From positions 3,385-67,384 of the IMG/VR virus record IMGVR_UViG_3300028792_000004: a stretch of 64,000 nt of DNA; one strand, written 5' to 3'. The stretch's first letter is position 1. The number at the start of each line of letters is the position of its first letter. Below are positions 1 to 8,720 of the stretch, piece after piece. A program made the translations under genes and the position numbers. The notes under the pieces were generated by a model that saw only the letters and a list, made by a program, of their open reading frames with translations, was not told the origin of the DNA and ran no database searches. The stretch comes from a virus.

Positions 1-422
1 GTGACGTCGGCGTAGCGGCAACCACCGCTGTCGGTGTACTGGTCGACGTAGACCCTGCCTCCGTCTAGTGCCAACTCGAAGCCCTCCTGCAGGCCGTCGT
101 TGTAGTCGTCCTGGGTCTCGGCGGTGTTCTCGTCCATGCTGTCCTGCTCCTTCGGGTTGAGGCTCTCGATGACCAGGGAGAGTGCCATCGCGATCGGGTT
201 GGGGTTGTCGGTCGTGGCGCCACCGGGGTAGGTGATGACGTCGAAGTCCTCGCTGGGTTGGCCGAGGTCGTACGAGCCGACCCACGAGCCCTTGCAGGCG
301 TACGGGTCGCAGGCGTGCACGGCGTCACCGGCCTCGAGGTGGCCGGCCGGCTTGACGCACCGGCAGCGGCCGGCCTTGACCATGCAGAGGCCTGTGGTGC
401 CGTCGATCTGGTGATGGGTCAT
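1..422 (-). CDS. hypothetical protein (runs off window start), Cys/His-rich N-terminus
   Basis: Hand translation from ATG at 422 (MTHHQIDGTTGLCMVKAGRCRC...) is open to position 1; ATGA overlap with the upstream gene stop; GC3-rich codons. Confidence 0.6.
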   Translation of the reverse strand, partial: MTHHQIDGTTGLCMVKAGRCRCVKPAGHLEAGDAVHACDPYACKGSWVGSYDLGQPSEDFDVITYPGGATTDNPNPIAMALSLVIESLNPKEQDSMDENTAETQDDYNDGLQEGFELALDGGRVYVDQYTDSGGCRYADV

Positions 423-844
423 GCTGTTTTGCTCCTTCCGGGCTCAGAGCCCTTCTTGACCCACGGCGGTCGCAGGTCAGTGTGTCCGCGCCGCACCGAG
501 GCCATGGCGTAGCCAGGCTCGACGATGCGCAGATGTCCCAGCAGCGCCACGAGGGCCATATAGCCCTCGTGGTCGATGCCGCCGGGCACCTCGATGTAGA
601 GGTGGTAGTGACCCTCGGTACTCGACGGCTCCAGCCAGGCTGGGTGGTCGATGTCGAGGATCACCTGGTGCGTGCGCCCTTCGGGGAAGGTGCGCATCTG
701 GGAGGAGACCACGTCGGCCTCCTCCATGGTCTGCACCGGCTTGCGCTCGAGGTCGGCCTCGTAGCCGGTCTTGTCCCCCTCGTCCCACTGCACCTGGTAG
801 GGCGTGAGGACCCTCTTGATCCACCCCGCCGCGTTCTTCGGCAT
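419..844 (-). CDS. hypothetical phage protein
   Basis: C-terminal part of ORF 419..1114; ATG at 844 overlaps the stop of 844..1059; LDIDH..SST.GHYHLYI motif recalled from actinophage hypotheticals. Confidence 0.65.
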   Translation of the reverse strand: MPKNAAGWIKRVLTPYQVQWDEGDKTGYEADLERKPVQTMEEADVVSSQMRTFPEGRTHQVILDIDHPAWLEPSSTEGHYHLYIEVPGGIDHEGYMALVALLGHLRIVEPGYAMASVRRGHTDLRPPWVKKGSEPGRSKTA

Positions 845-1059
845 CAGGCTGCCCATTCGGCCACCACCGCCTCGGTCAGGTCGTCCATGGCCTTGAGCGC
901 GCCGGCACGAGCGCGCTCGACTCCGCGGGAGACCTCGCTCTCGTAGCAACCCATGGACCACTTCACGGTGAACTTGTCCTTGACCAAGGTGCAGGTGACC
1001 GAGGTCTTGCCGTTGGCCGCGCGGGAGACGGTGAAGGACTCCGAGATCTCCTCGCTCAT
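844..1059 (-). CDS. hypothetical protein
   Basis: ORF coupled to neighbours by start/stop overlaps. Confidence 0.6.
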   Translation of the reverse strand: MSEEISESFTVSRAANGKTSVTCTLVKDKFTVKWSMGCYESEVSRGVERARAGALKAMDDLTEAVVAEWAA

Positions 1060-1358
1060 CCCAGCACCGCCTTGCCGGTCTCGTTGAGCTCGGCGCGCTC
1101 CCGATCACAGTCACAGATCGCCGCGGGCGGGATGCCCCGGGCGAACAGGTGCGGGTTGCCGCCAGCCTTCCAGGCCGTGAGGCACAGCTCGGCGGTCTCG
1201 CCGCTCACATGGACGTGCAACCCGTGGCTGCGGGAGCCGAGGTAGACCTTGGTGTCCTCGGTCGGGCCCTCGACGCCGACGACCAGCAGCGCGTCAGGCA
1301 TGAACGCATTGACGGGTGAGCCGGACAGCGTCCAGGTGACCTCCTCCTGGCTACTCAC
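1056..1358 (-). CDS. hypothetical protein
   Basis: GTG at 1358 next to the upstream stop; GC3-biased codons. Confidence 0.55.
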   Translation of the reverse strand: MSSQEEVTWTLSGSPVNAFMPDALLVVGVEGPTEDTKVYLGSRSHGLHVHVSGETAELCLTAWKAGGNPHLFARGIPPAAICDCDRERAELNETGKAVLG

Positions 1359-1749
1359 CGTGCAGCACCTCCTCGAGCAGGTCGCGCAGCATCTCGTCGG
1401 CACGGTGGTGGGGGAACCCGGCGTGGCCGGGGTCGGTGCTCACCTGGGCGCGCAGCACCTCGCGGAGCATGTGCAGCTGGACCTTGACCTTCTCCTGCTC
1501 GGTCGAGCCGGCAGGTGTGACCACGATCATCAAGGTCCCGATCTGGCCGGCCGGGTAGTAGCTCGGGTCGTGGACCGACTCGGGGTAGAGGTCGGACCAG
1601 GCGGTGCCGATGGCCGCGCAGGCCAGGTGGCGCGCAGCCTCGAGGTCACGCGCGATGACGACGTACCAGCCGTCCGGCTGGGCGTCGGGGAGTACGGGGT
1701 GCTCGATGGTCGCGTACCGGGACCCGAAGGTCAGGACAAAGCGTTCCAT
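1351..1749 (-). CDS. hypothetical protein
   Basis: SD GAGAGGA upstream of ATG 1749 (MERFVLTFGSRY...). Confidence 0.7.
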   Translation of the reverse strand: MERFVLTFGSRYATIEHPVLPDAQPDGWYVVIARDLEAARHLACAAIGTAWSDLYPESVHDPSYYPAGQIGTLMIVVTPAGSTEQEKVKVQLHMLREVLRAQVSTDPGHAGFPHHRADEMLRDLLEEVLHGE

Positions 1750-2048
1750 GGTGGGTGGTTCCTCTCTGGTGGGTGATGGGGGATTGCACGCCGGACACTG
1801 GCTGCGTGGCCGGACAGACTCGATCGCGACCACTCGGTCGCGAGCGGAGGTGGGCATGACGAAGCGCCCCTTTCGTGAGGTGGGTGCGACCAGCACCAGT
1901 CCTTGCATCCCGTTCGCCGTGCACGGCTACTGCGCCTTACCAGCAATGAGCCCGGGCGCTGCCCGTCCGCTGTCGTGCGACTAGGGGTAACGGTGTCTGC
2001 GGTTGGAGGAGATAGGTCGCCTACTCCCCGTGCTGGATCTTGGGTGAC

Positions 2049-3362
2049 CTAGAGCGAGGCGTCCTCGTCAGCGAGGAGCCGGTCGTAGGCCTGCTCGGCC
2101 GTGATGTCGCCGAGCTGGCCGAAGGCGGGGTTGAAGTCGGTGAACCAGCCCATGCCCTTCTTGCCGTGCCGGTTCTTGGCCACGACCTTCTTGCGGCTGC
2201 GCGAGCTGTGCTCGAGCAGCAGCTGCACGACGTCGGCGTCGGCACCTACGGTGTCCGCGCCGGCGAGGTTCTCCAGGCTGGGCTTGACGCCGGCACCGCG
2301 GGTGATCTGGTTGGCACCCAGGATGGGCACGGCCCGGTCCATCGCGATCTCCTTGAGCTCGGCGGTGATCCCGGCGATCACGCGCCAGTCGGTGCTGGCC
2401 TTCATGCCGTCGCTGCCGCGCATCAGTCCGTAGTAGTCGATGATGACCTTGGTGCCCTCGCCCACCATGCCGCGCACCAGCATCGGGGTGATCGGCTTGT
2501 CGTAGACCCGCAGCTGGCCGGAGTTCTTGGTCCAGGCCTCGATGTACTTGCGCCGGGTGCGGTCGTCGACCTCCTCCCAGTGCAGCCCGACGTCGCGCAT
2601 CACGATCCGGTGGATCCGGTCCAGCACCTCACCGGCCGGCATCTCCAGGGAGAAGAACGAGACGTCCCAGCCGTCCTCGAGGGCAGCGACAGCGTGTTGG
2701 GCCAGCGCCCAGGACTTGCCGACGTTGATCCGCGCAGCCATCGTCCACACGTGCCCGGGGCGGTGGGTGCCCAAGGCGTCGGTCTCGGCACCTGAGGGCA
2801 CCGCGCAGCCTTCACCGAGGTCACCGATGAGGTCGAAGTCGTCGATGCCGGCATAGCCCATCGTGCCGATGCGGGTGGTCTCGATCGCCTCCCGCAAGGT
2901 GGCAACAGCTTCCTCGAGCGCCTCGTCCTTGATCGAGGCCACTGCGGTGCCCATCGCCCTGCGCAGGCAGCGGGCGGAGTAGTCGCGCAGCAGCTCGTTG
3001 GCCGCGAACCGGACTGAGACACCGGGCAGGTAGGGGAAGCCGGGGAAGCGCTTGCAGACGTGCTCAGGGCTCGGCGCTCGTCCCGAGCTCGCCTGGTAGC
3101 GGCTGCACCAGGCGTGCACCGGCTTGTGGCCGATGATCACCGCGGGGTTGACCTCCCAGGCCTCGGGCACGTACTGGCCGGAGTCGAGGAGGGCGGAGAT
3201 GAACAGAACCTCCGGTGCTCCAGAACCCGCATAGGGGTCCCGGCCGGAGGTTCGGAGGGCGTTGGCCGCCTGGGCCAGCTCTGGGTTGTCCAGTGATGCC
3301 GGTGTCGGCAACACGGTGACCAGGGCGAGATTGGGGTCTTCGTCGTGTGGCTGAGTCGACAT
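2049..3362 (-). CDS. dnaB: DnaB-like (SF4) replicative helicase
   Basis: Walker A ARINVGKS, H1a FFSLEM, H2 IIDYYGLM, H3 VPILGANQITR, H4 DADVV...KNRHG; SD GAGGAG before ATG 3362. Confidence 0.9.
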   Translation of the reverse strand: MSTQPHDEDPNLALVTVLPTPASLDNPELAQAANALRTSGRDPYAGSGAPEVLFISALLDSGQYVPEAWEVNPAVIIGHKPVHAWCSRYQASSGRAPSPEHVCKRFPGFPYLPGVSVRFAANELLRDYSARCLRRAMGTAVASIKDEALEEAVATLREAIETTRIGTMGYAGIDDFDLIGDLGEGCAVPSGAETDALGTHRPGHVWTMAARINVGKSWALAQHAVAALEDGWDVSFFSLEMPAGEVLDRIHRIVMRDVGLHWEEVDDRTRRKYIEAWTKNSGQLRVYDKPITPMLVRGMVGEGTKVIIDYYGLMRGSDGMKASTDWRVIAGITAELKEIAMDRAVPILGANQITRGAGVKPSLENLAGADTVGADADVVQLLLEHSSRSRKKVVAKNRHGKKGMGWFTDFNPAFGQLGDITAEQAYDRLLADEDASL

Positions 3363-3950
3363 GGTTCTCCTCGTGATGGTGGGTGGTGGAGCCAAGGCCT
3401 CGAAGGGTGGATGGAGCAAGGGGCCAAGGGGTCTAGGACAGCACAAAGGGAGGGGAGCCACCACCCCTGACCAGTACCGGATGCGTGATCGCGGTGGTGG
3501 CCGGTGGGCAGAGAACTCCCCTCCCTCAGGTGGAGGACGTTATCAGGGGAATGCCCTAGCCGACAACACCCTGACACGATATGGTCCACCATGTGGCACA
3601 CAGCGAAGTAAGTGACGAAGTGGGAGAGTACGAGATGGGGCTGTTGGGACTTGACAAGGACGTGCTACCCTCCCAGCGGCTGAGCGTGCAGCAGGGGCAA
3701 GTGACACTCACCGAGCAGCAGCGTCAAGCCTGCTCGATGCAGAGAAGGACCGAAGGTGCTCACCAGCACTGCCCGAAGCTCCTGAGCGAGCGCTTGGCAT
3801 CCGGCCTAGCGGCCTACAGCCAGCGCTCGCAGCGCAGAGTGCACAGCGAGGCCGCGGGGCCTATCGCGCGAGAACTCTCCTATGACTCAGGATGCGTCAG
3901 GATGGACAGGGTGCTTGCGGGAGAGCGCTGCTGGGGGAACACTCCTAGGC
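3363..3950. promoter_or_regulatory. divergent non-coding control region between the leftward replication genes and the rightward operon
   Basis: About 590 nt with no convincing ORF at a strand switch; contains TGACACGAT (3572-3580) and tandem TCAGGATG (3887, 3897). Confidence 0.55.
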
Positions 3951-4034
3951 ATGCTCATGACTGTGTTGATCATCCTGGCCATCATCGCCCTGCTGCTCTT
4001 CATCATCGGAGGCGTGCGCGGCCGCCGCTACTGA
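3951..4034 (+). CDS. 27-aa single-pass membrane peptide
   Basis: Hand translation MLMTVLIILAIIALLLFIIGGVRGRRY*; hydrophobic helix with basic C-terminus. Confidence 0.6.
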   Translation: MLMTVLIILAIIALLLFIIGGVRGRRY

Positions 4035-4068
4035 CCCACCGACCCCTCCACCCTCACCTGGAGACCCG

Positions 4069-4383
4069 ATGACCTTCCTGCTGGTCCTGTGGCACCTGGC
4101 CCGCCTTGTCGGCAACCTGGCCGTGCTGGTGATGCTGGTGCTGCTGCTCACCGGCCACCTCGAGCTGCGGCGCACCGCGAAGCGGCTCTGGCGGCGCCGG
4201 GAGCTGGAGCTGCGCGAGGCCGACGTGGACATCAGCCACTTCCGCGACCCCACCAACGGCAACCCGGGCGTGCGGGTGACCCACCTTCGGACCGGGAGGG
4301 CAGCTGCGTGTGCGGAGACGAAGTCACAGCACACGAACGAGCAGCTCGCCATCGAGGCACAGGGACGGATCCTCAATGTCTGA
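4069..4383 (+). CDS. membrane-anchored RF-1 (release factor domain 3)-like protein lacking GGQ
   Basis: N-terminal TM helix; DVDISHFR...VRVTHLRTG...SQHTN..LA matches the RF-1 consensus on both sides of the GGQ loop. Confidence 0.7.
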   Translation: MTFLLVLWHLARLVGNLAVLVMLVLLLTGHLELRRTAKRLWRRRELELREADVDISHFRDPTNGNPGVRVTHLRTGRAAACAETKSQHTNEQLAIEAQGRILNV

Positions 4384-4765
4384 GATCCCGGTGCTGAACG
4401 AGACCTGCGCGCACTGCGGGATCTGGGACGGCCACGCCGCGGACTGCCCCCGGCTGCCGGCCAACGCGGCCCGCCGCGGTGTGGTGGACGAGCTCGCCCC
4501 GGAGATCAACGACGCGGTGGGCTACGACAACCGCAAGGAACTGGCCGACCTCTGGCAGGACTTCGCCCCGCTGCCGGAGCAGGGGCTGACCGAGGGCACC
4601 TACGACGCGCTGCTGCACGTGGCCAAGTGGGGTGCCAGGCGCGCGTTGGAGAACCGGCGTGACGTCGGGGCTTGCGTCTGCCGTCCGATCGCGCCTGTTC
4701 CCGGCGTTCACGGTGGCGGCATCGAGCCGCGCCCGCGGTGCCCGCAGCACGGGGAGCGTTCGTGA
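4376..4765 (+). CDS. hypothetical protein with Cys/His motifs
   Basis: CAHC...H...C and C-terminal CxC...CxxH; overlaps the previous stop. Confidence 0.65.
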   Translation: MSEIPVLNETCAHCGIWDGHAADCPRLPANAARRGVVDELAPEINDAVGYDNRKELADLWQDFAPLPEQGLTEGTYDALLHVAKWGARRALENRRDVGACVCRPIAPVPGVHGGGIEPRPRCPQHGERS

Positions 4766-4782
4766 GCACTGGAGAACCGGCG

Positions 4783-5028
4783 ATGAGCGCGCCGCTGCTG
4801 ACCGAGGCCGAGCACCGTGTCGTGGACCTGAGCAGCGAGCTCGCAGTCGAGCTTCATGGCGTCATTGGTCACGGCCCGTCTCGGGCGCAAGACCTTCGCG
4901 AGACCTTCGCCGCCATCCACATGATCCAGAACGCCGTGCTCGCTCAGGCAGCTGCTCGGGCCTACCCCGAGAGGTACCGGCTGATGGGCGAGGCGCTGGT
5001 CAAGGACATCGAGCGAGGGGAGGACTGA
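4783..5028 (+). CDS. hypothetical phage protein
   Basis: IH.IQNAVLAQAAARAYPERY motif recalled from actinophages; SD GGAG. Confidence 0.7.
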   Translation: MSAPLLTEAEHRVVDLSSELAVELHGVIGHGPSRAQDLRETFAAIHMIQNAVLAQAAARAYPERYRLMGEALVKDIERGED

Positions 5029-5135
5029 TGCGCTGCGTGCACTGCCAGGCCAAGCGGCGAGACGTCTCGCTCTGGGGCCAGATCATCAGCCTCGGCCGCG
5101 TGGTCGTGTGCTGCCTACCGAAGGAGATCAGCTGA
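5028..5135 (+). CDS. small hypothetical protein (CxxC)
   Basis: TGATG coupling at both ends. Confidence 0.55.
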   Translation: MRCVHCQAKRRDVSLWGQIISLGRVVVCCLPKEIS

Positions 5136-5593
5136 TGGGACGTCTCGAGCTGCGAGCCCGTGTCATGAGTGACTACGAGGCAGGCCAGGTGCTGCACCCC
5201 AAGGACTACGAGGAGCTGGTCGAGGCCACCGAGACGGTGCCCGCCTGGGACGACGTCGCCCAGCCGGTCCTGTACCCCAGTGAATTCCGCGTCGCGGACC
5301 CGGACCTTGCCCCCGGCGCCAAGGAGATCCCGACCAAGCCCTACGACCGGCTGCTCTGGCGGGCCTACGTGGCGGGAGCCCACTGGGACGACGAGGCCTA
5401 CGACAGCCAGTGGGACGACCGGGCCTACTACGAGGGAACGACCAACGGGCAGTGGATGCTCACCACCTTCTACGAGTTGCTCGACCAGCTGCGCCCGCCG
5501 CCGACCGCAGCCCAGACCATGTGCCCGCTGGGCCGCCCCTACCGCCAGCACGTCCGCAAGTGCTCGCCCGAGTGCGACTGGACGAACCGATGA
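5135..5593 (+). CDS. hypothetical protein
   Basis: TGATG coupling; GC3-rich codons. Confidence 0.7.
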   Translation: MGRLELRARVMSDYEAGQVLHPKDYEELVEATETVPAWDDVAQPVLYPSEFRVADPDLAPGAKEIPTKPYDRLLWRAYVAGAHWDDEAYDSQWDDRAYYEGTTNGQWMLTTFYELLDQLRPPPTAAQTMCPLGRPYRQHVRKCSPECDWTNR

Positions 5594-5625
5594 CCGCAGC
5601 ACACAACCTCACCAAGGAGATCGAC

Positions 5626-5907
5626 ATGCCCAAGAGCACCGCCAAGGCCACCAAGGGCGCCCACGTCACCGTCGTGGACGCCCCCAAGCGCCAGCGCAAG
5701 ACCCCCGAGCAGCGCGCGGTCGAGGCCCTGGAGGCCGCCCGGCGCCGGGTGACCAAGGCCGAGGAGAAGGTGACCAGCACCCACGGCGAGTACGAGGCCG
5801 CCCAGGCCGAGCTGTCCGAGGCCCGCCGCCGGCTGAGTTACGTGGCCACCGACCCGGCGCTGCCCGCCGACCCCGAGTCCGAGGACGACGGCGAGGAGGG
5901 CGCGTGA
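5626..5907 (+). CDS. hypothetical coiled-coil protein
   Basis: SD AAGGAG before ATG 5626. Confidence 0.7.
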   Translation: MPKSTAKATKGAHVTVVDAPKRQRKTPEQRAVEALEAARRRVTKAEEKVTSTHGEYEAAQAELSEARRRLSYVATDPALPADPESEDDGEEGA

Positions 5908-6062
5908 TCACCCAGACCTACGTCCACAGCCACCGCTGCTCCTACGAGAGCGAGACGGTGGTGGTCCGCCCCGAGGTCGAGAACGGGGCCTTCTTCCCCA
6001 AGGTCCCGGTCTGCCTGGAGCTCGGGGCCGAGCTCGAGCTGCTGGCGGAGGAGGACCGATGA
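5904..6062 (+). CDS. small hypothetical protein
   Basis: GTGA and ATGA overlaps. Confidence 0.55.
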   Translation: MITQTYVHSHRCSYESETVVVRPEVENGAFFPKVPVCLELGAELELLAEEDR

Positions 6063-6532
6063 GCGTCTCTGCCGCAGACCCGAACGACCCGAAGGTCCAG
6101 CTGATCAACGCCGCGGCCCGGGTCCTCGTCGAGGCCAAGCAGGTGCCGCACTCCGCGCCGGGGCACTGGGCCGGTGCGCTCTACGAGGCCGGCCTGCTGG
6201 TCGACCCCAGTGCGCTGGCCCACGGCCGGGTGGTCGAGCCCGAGCCTGAGGCCGCTCCCGAGCCCGAGGGCGACCACGTGATCTCCACCCGGGTCGACCT
6301 GGTGCCGGTCGCGATGGGCAAGGTCACCCCGCTCTACCTCGACCTCGGCTCGGACAACACCATCGTGGTCCAGCCCAAGGAGGACCAGGCCGACGGCGAG
6401 CTCGCGCTGAACATCATCATCGGCGGTGGCCTGCCGGTGGAGGTGGTGGCCTGGATGCTCGGGCAGGCGGCTGAGGCGATGGTGCACGGGATCCGGGCGA
6501 ACCGGGTCGACCTGGAGGTGCCCCGTGGCTGA
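6059..6532 (+). CDS. hypothetical protein
   Basis: Coupled ORF, GC3-rich. Confidence 0.7.
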   Translation: MSVSAADPNDPKVQLINAAARVLVEAKQVPHSAPGHWAGALYEAGLLVDPSALAHGRVVEPEPEAAPEPEGDHVISTRVDLVPVAMGKVTPLYLDLGSDNTIVVQPKEDQADGELALNIIIGGGLPVEVVAWMLGQAAEAMVHGIRANRVDLEVPRG

Positions 6533-6806
6533 GCCCCACCTCACCGTCAGCGACCTGTTCCAGCGGGTGCATCTCGCGCTGCGCCAGCACCAGGAGCGCA
6601 CGGCGATCGACCTGCGCCAGTTCGACCCGCGTGTGGTGATCAACAACCGCGACTACGCCGAGTTGCGCATCGAGGCCGAGAACCTGCTGAACTCCTACGA
6701 GGTGCTCGCCTCCTGGGCCACCCTGCGGGTCCTGGGGATCCAGGTGGTGCCCGACCCGATGCTGGCCCAGGGCGAGGTCCGGCTGCGTACGGAGATCTCA
6801 GCGTGA
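6525..6806 (+). CDS. hypothetical protein
   Basis: GTG start overlapping the previous stop; SD GGAGG. Confidence 0.65.
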   Translation: MAEPHLTVSDLFQRVHLALRQHQERTAIDLRQFDPRVVINNRDYAELRIEAENLLNSYEVLASWATLRVLGIQVVPDPMLAQGEVRLRTEISA

Positions 6807-7216
6807 GCGCCCCGGTCATCTGCGCGCGGGAGTCCTGCGGCCACCGGCTGCGCTACCACTTCCAGGACTCCTACGGCGACGGCCGCTGCCTGATCGCGAA
6901 CTGCGAGTGCAACGTGTTCATCGAGCCGGACTTCGCCAACGGGGGCATGATCAAGACTGCCCCAGGACCAGAAGGAGCACGCACCATGGCTGGAACCGCT
7001 TGGGCCGAGCGACACCCCTCGGTGGCCCACTTCGAGAAGCTCTTCGCCTATGAGCACCTGCCCAAGCGCCTGCAGGTGGTCTCCGCGATCTTCGCCGATG
7101 CCGGCCTCGACCTGCTCGCCCAGCTCAACGACGGCCCCGAGCTGACCACCTCGCTGCGCAAGCTGCTCGAGGCCAAGGACTGCGCCGTACGCCAGGCAGT
7201 GATTGACCGTGGCTGA
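6803..7216 (+). CDS. helical-hairpin protein (FAYEHLP...GPE...LRKLLEAKDCAVR), possible Acb2/Tad1-like nucleotide sponge; internal start at 6986
   Basis: Widespread phage family motif; E-x3-[AS]L-x2-L-x-EA-x5-R pattern resembles the Tad1/Acb2 hairpin; SD GAAGGAG before ATG 6986. Confidence 0.5.
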   Translation: MSAPVICARESCGHRLRYHFQDSYGDGRCLIANCECNVFIEPDFANGGMIKTAPGPEGARTMAGTAWAERHPSVAHFEKLFAYEHLPKRLQVVSAIFADAGLDLLAQLNDGPELTTSLRKLLEAKDCAVRQAVIDRG

Positions 7217-7526
7217 GGCTCTGACAGTCGAGCACCCGCTGGATCGCGATCGGCCGGTCGTGATGATTCCGGTCACCGAGGAGATGATCCGCCGCGAGCG
7301 CGACGCGGGTCGGCTCGACGAGGTCTTCGAGTGGGTCGAGAAGGTGGCTCGTGGTCACTTCAACGTGAGCGAGGGTGGCAAGGTGCAGGGCGGCAAGGTG
7401 CACGTCGTCCAGGAGCTCGTGGCCTGCTTCGAGGAGATGACCCGTGGCCGGCACCCCGTCTCGGAGTGCGCCTTCACCCCGCTCACCCGCTACTTCGTCT
7501 ACCAGGCGGTGGTCGACCGTGGCTAG
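7209..7526 (+). CDS. hypothetical protein
   Basis: Coupled ORF. Confidence 0.65.
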   Translation: MAEALTVEHPLDRDRPVVMIPVTEEMIRRERDAGRLDEVFEWVEKVARGHFNVSEGGKVQGGKVHVVQELVACFEEMTRGRHPVSECAFTPLTRYFVYQAVVDRG

Positions 7527-7674
7527 GCGCTCCGGCCGCCCGAACTGGGTGCGCTCCGAGCCCGAGGAGGCCGAGCGGCCCTACACCTCCGTCCGGGTGG
7601 TCTGGGCCGCGATGGCGATGCTGGCGATGGCCTTCGTGGCGATGGCCCTGATCGTGGCGCAGGTGGCCCGATGA
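7519..7674 (+). CDS. small membrane protein
   Basis: C-terminal hydrophobic helix VVWAAMAMLAMAFVAMALIVAQV. Confidence 0.6.
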   Translation: MARRSGRPNWVRSEPEEAERPYTSVRVVWAAMAMLAMAFVAMALIVAQVAR

Positions 7675-8066
7675 GCGCCTACACCCCGCCGCACCTGGAG
7701 GAGCTGGTCAACCAGATCCGCTACAAGCCGGGCTGGTCGGTCTACCTGGACCGCCGCACCGAGCCCGATGGCTCGGGCGGCCTGGCCCTGCACATCGTCA
7801 GCGACACCGAGGACTCCTTCGACTTCGGCAAGCGGATGCGGGTCAACCACACCTTCCTGGTCCCGCCGGCGTCGTACGCCCGCAACGTCTGGGCGGCCTG
7901 GATCTTCGACCGGTTCCGCGACGTGGAGACCCACGAGGCCGGGGAGTTCTTCCGCATCGACGGTGTCCGCGAGTTCGCCCCGCACCACGGCAACGGCGAG
8001 GATCCCTACCGGGTCTGGCACGTCAGTGATTGGGCCACCGCGGCCAAGAGTTCAGGAGAGGACTGA
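7671..8066 (+). CDS. hypothetical phage protein
   Basis: YKPGW...VETHEAGEFF...FAPHHG motif recalled from actinophages. Confidence 0.75.
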   Translation: MSAYTPPHLEELVNQIRYKPGWSVYLDRRTEPDGSGGLALHIVSDTEDSFDFGKRMRVNHTFLVPPASYARNVWAAWIFDRFRDVETHEAGEFFRIDGVREFAPHHGNGEDPYRVWHVSDWATAAKSSGED

Positions 8067-8069
8067 GCA

Positions 8070-8720
8070 ATGAAGTGGAAGAATCGCCATCTGGACGTGA
8101 ACACCCCGATCCCGCACCTGCCGCCCCGCCAGCACCACTGGGACCCGAACATCGGGGACCGGCTCACGGCCTGGCGCACGGTGCCGCCTGACGAGGCCTT
8201 CGACGGCAACCTCACCCCGGTCGGCAAGGAGATCTTCTTCATGCACACCGGCACACCCGGCGGCGACGGCTACCCGTGGGTGGTCGATGCCGTCTCCGGC
8301 AGGACGCGACCGATGAACACCCGGGAGCTGCACACCCCCGCGGGCGGCTGGGGCGTCACCGGGGTCAAGCGCTGGCGTGACCGCCACGGCCAGGCGCCGA
8401 TGACGCTGCTGGAGGGGCTGGCGTGGTGCACCGCGAACCACCGGCTCTGCGCGATGGAGCCCAAGGGTCCGGCCTGGGCGGCCAGCGACCAACACTTCGC
8501 CCTGCTCTACGCCGTCTGCCGCGAGACCGGTCACCCGGCCTGGGTGAAGCGGCTGGCCACGCTGCGGTTCCCCAAGCGGATCGTGATGTCCGCCCACCGC
8601 GCGCACGTCCAGATCGCGGCGATCTACGGCCCAGGGGTGCCCGGCCGCGCCCGCCGGCTGGCGATGACCGCGCGGCTCACCCGGCGGTGGCGCAAGGTGA
8701 GGTTCGACGCGACATGGTGA
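8070..8720 (+). CDS. divergent glycerophosphodiester phosphodiesterase (GDPD)-like protein
   Basis: FDGNLTPVGKEIFFMH resembles E-x-D-V-x-L-T-x-D-G..V.HD; TLLEGL...AMEPK resembles TLEEVL...NIEIK; no canonical HRG. Confidence 0.45.
   Translation: MKWKNRHLDVNTPIPHLPPRQHHWDPNIGDRLTAWRTVPPDEAFDGNLTPVGKEIFFMHTGTPGGDGYPWVVDAVSGRTRPMNTRELHTPAGGWGVTGVKRWRDRHGQAPMTLLEGLAWCTANHRLCAMEPKGPAWAASDQHFALLYAVCRETGHPAWVKRLATLRFPKRIVMSAHRAHVQIAAIYGPGVPGRARRLAMTARLTRRWRKVRFDATW

Noticed and set aside
1910-2048. tRNA or ncRNA in the gap downstream of dnaB
   Set aside because: No cloverleaf, T-loop consensus or strong stems found by inspection
3651-3671. TTGACA...TACCCT as a sigma-A promoter
   Set aside because: Spacer is only 9 nt
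3581-4072. 163-aa ORF in the divergent region (and 3137..3601 on the minus strand)
   Set aside because: Atypical codon usage, no RBS or motifs, and it overlaps a better-supported 27-aa membrane ORF and regulatory motifs
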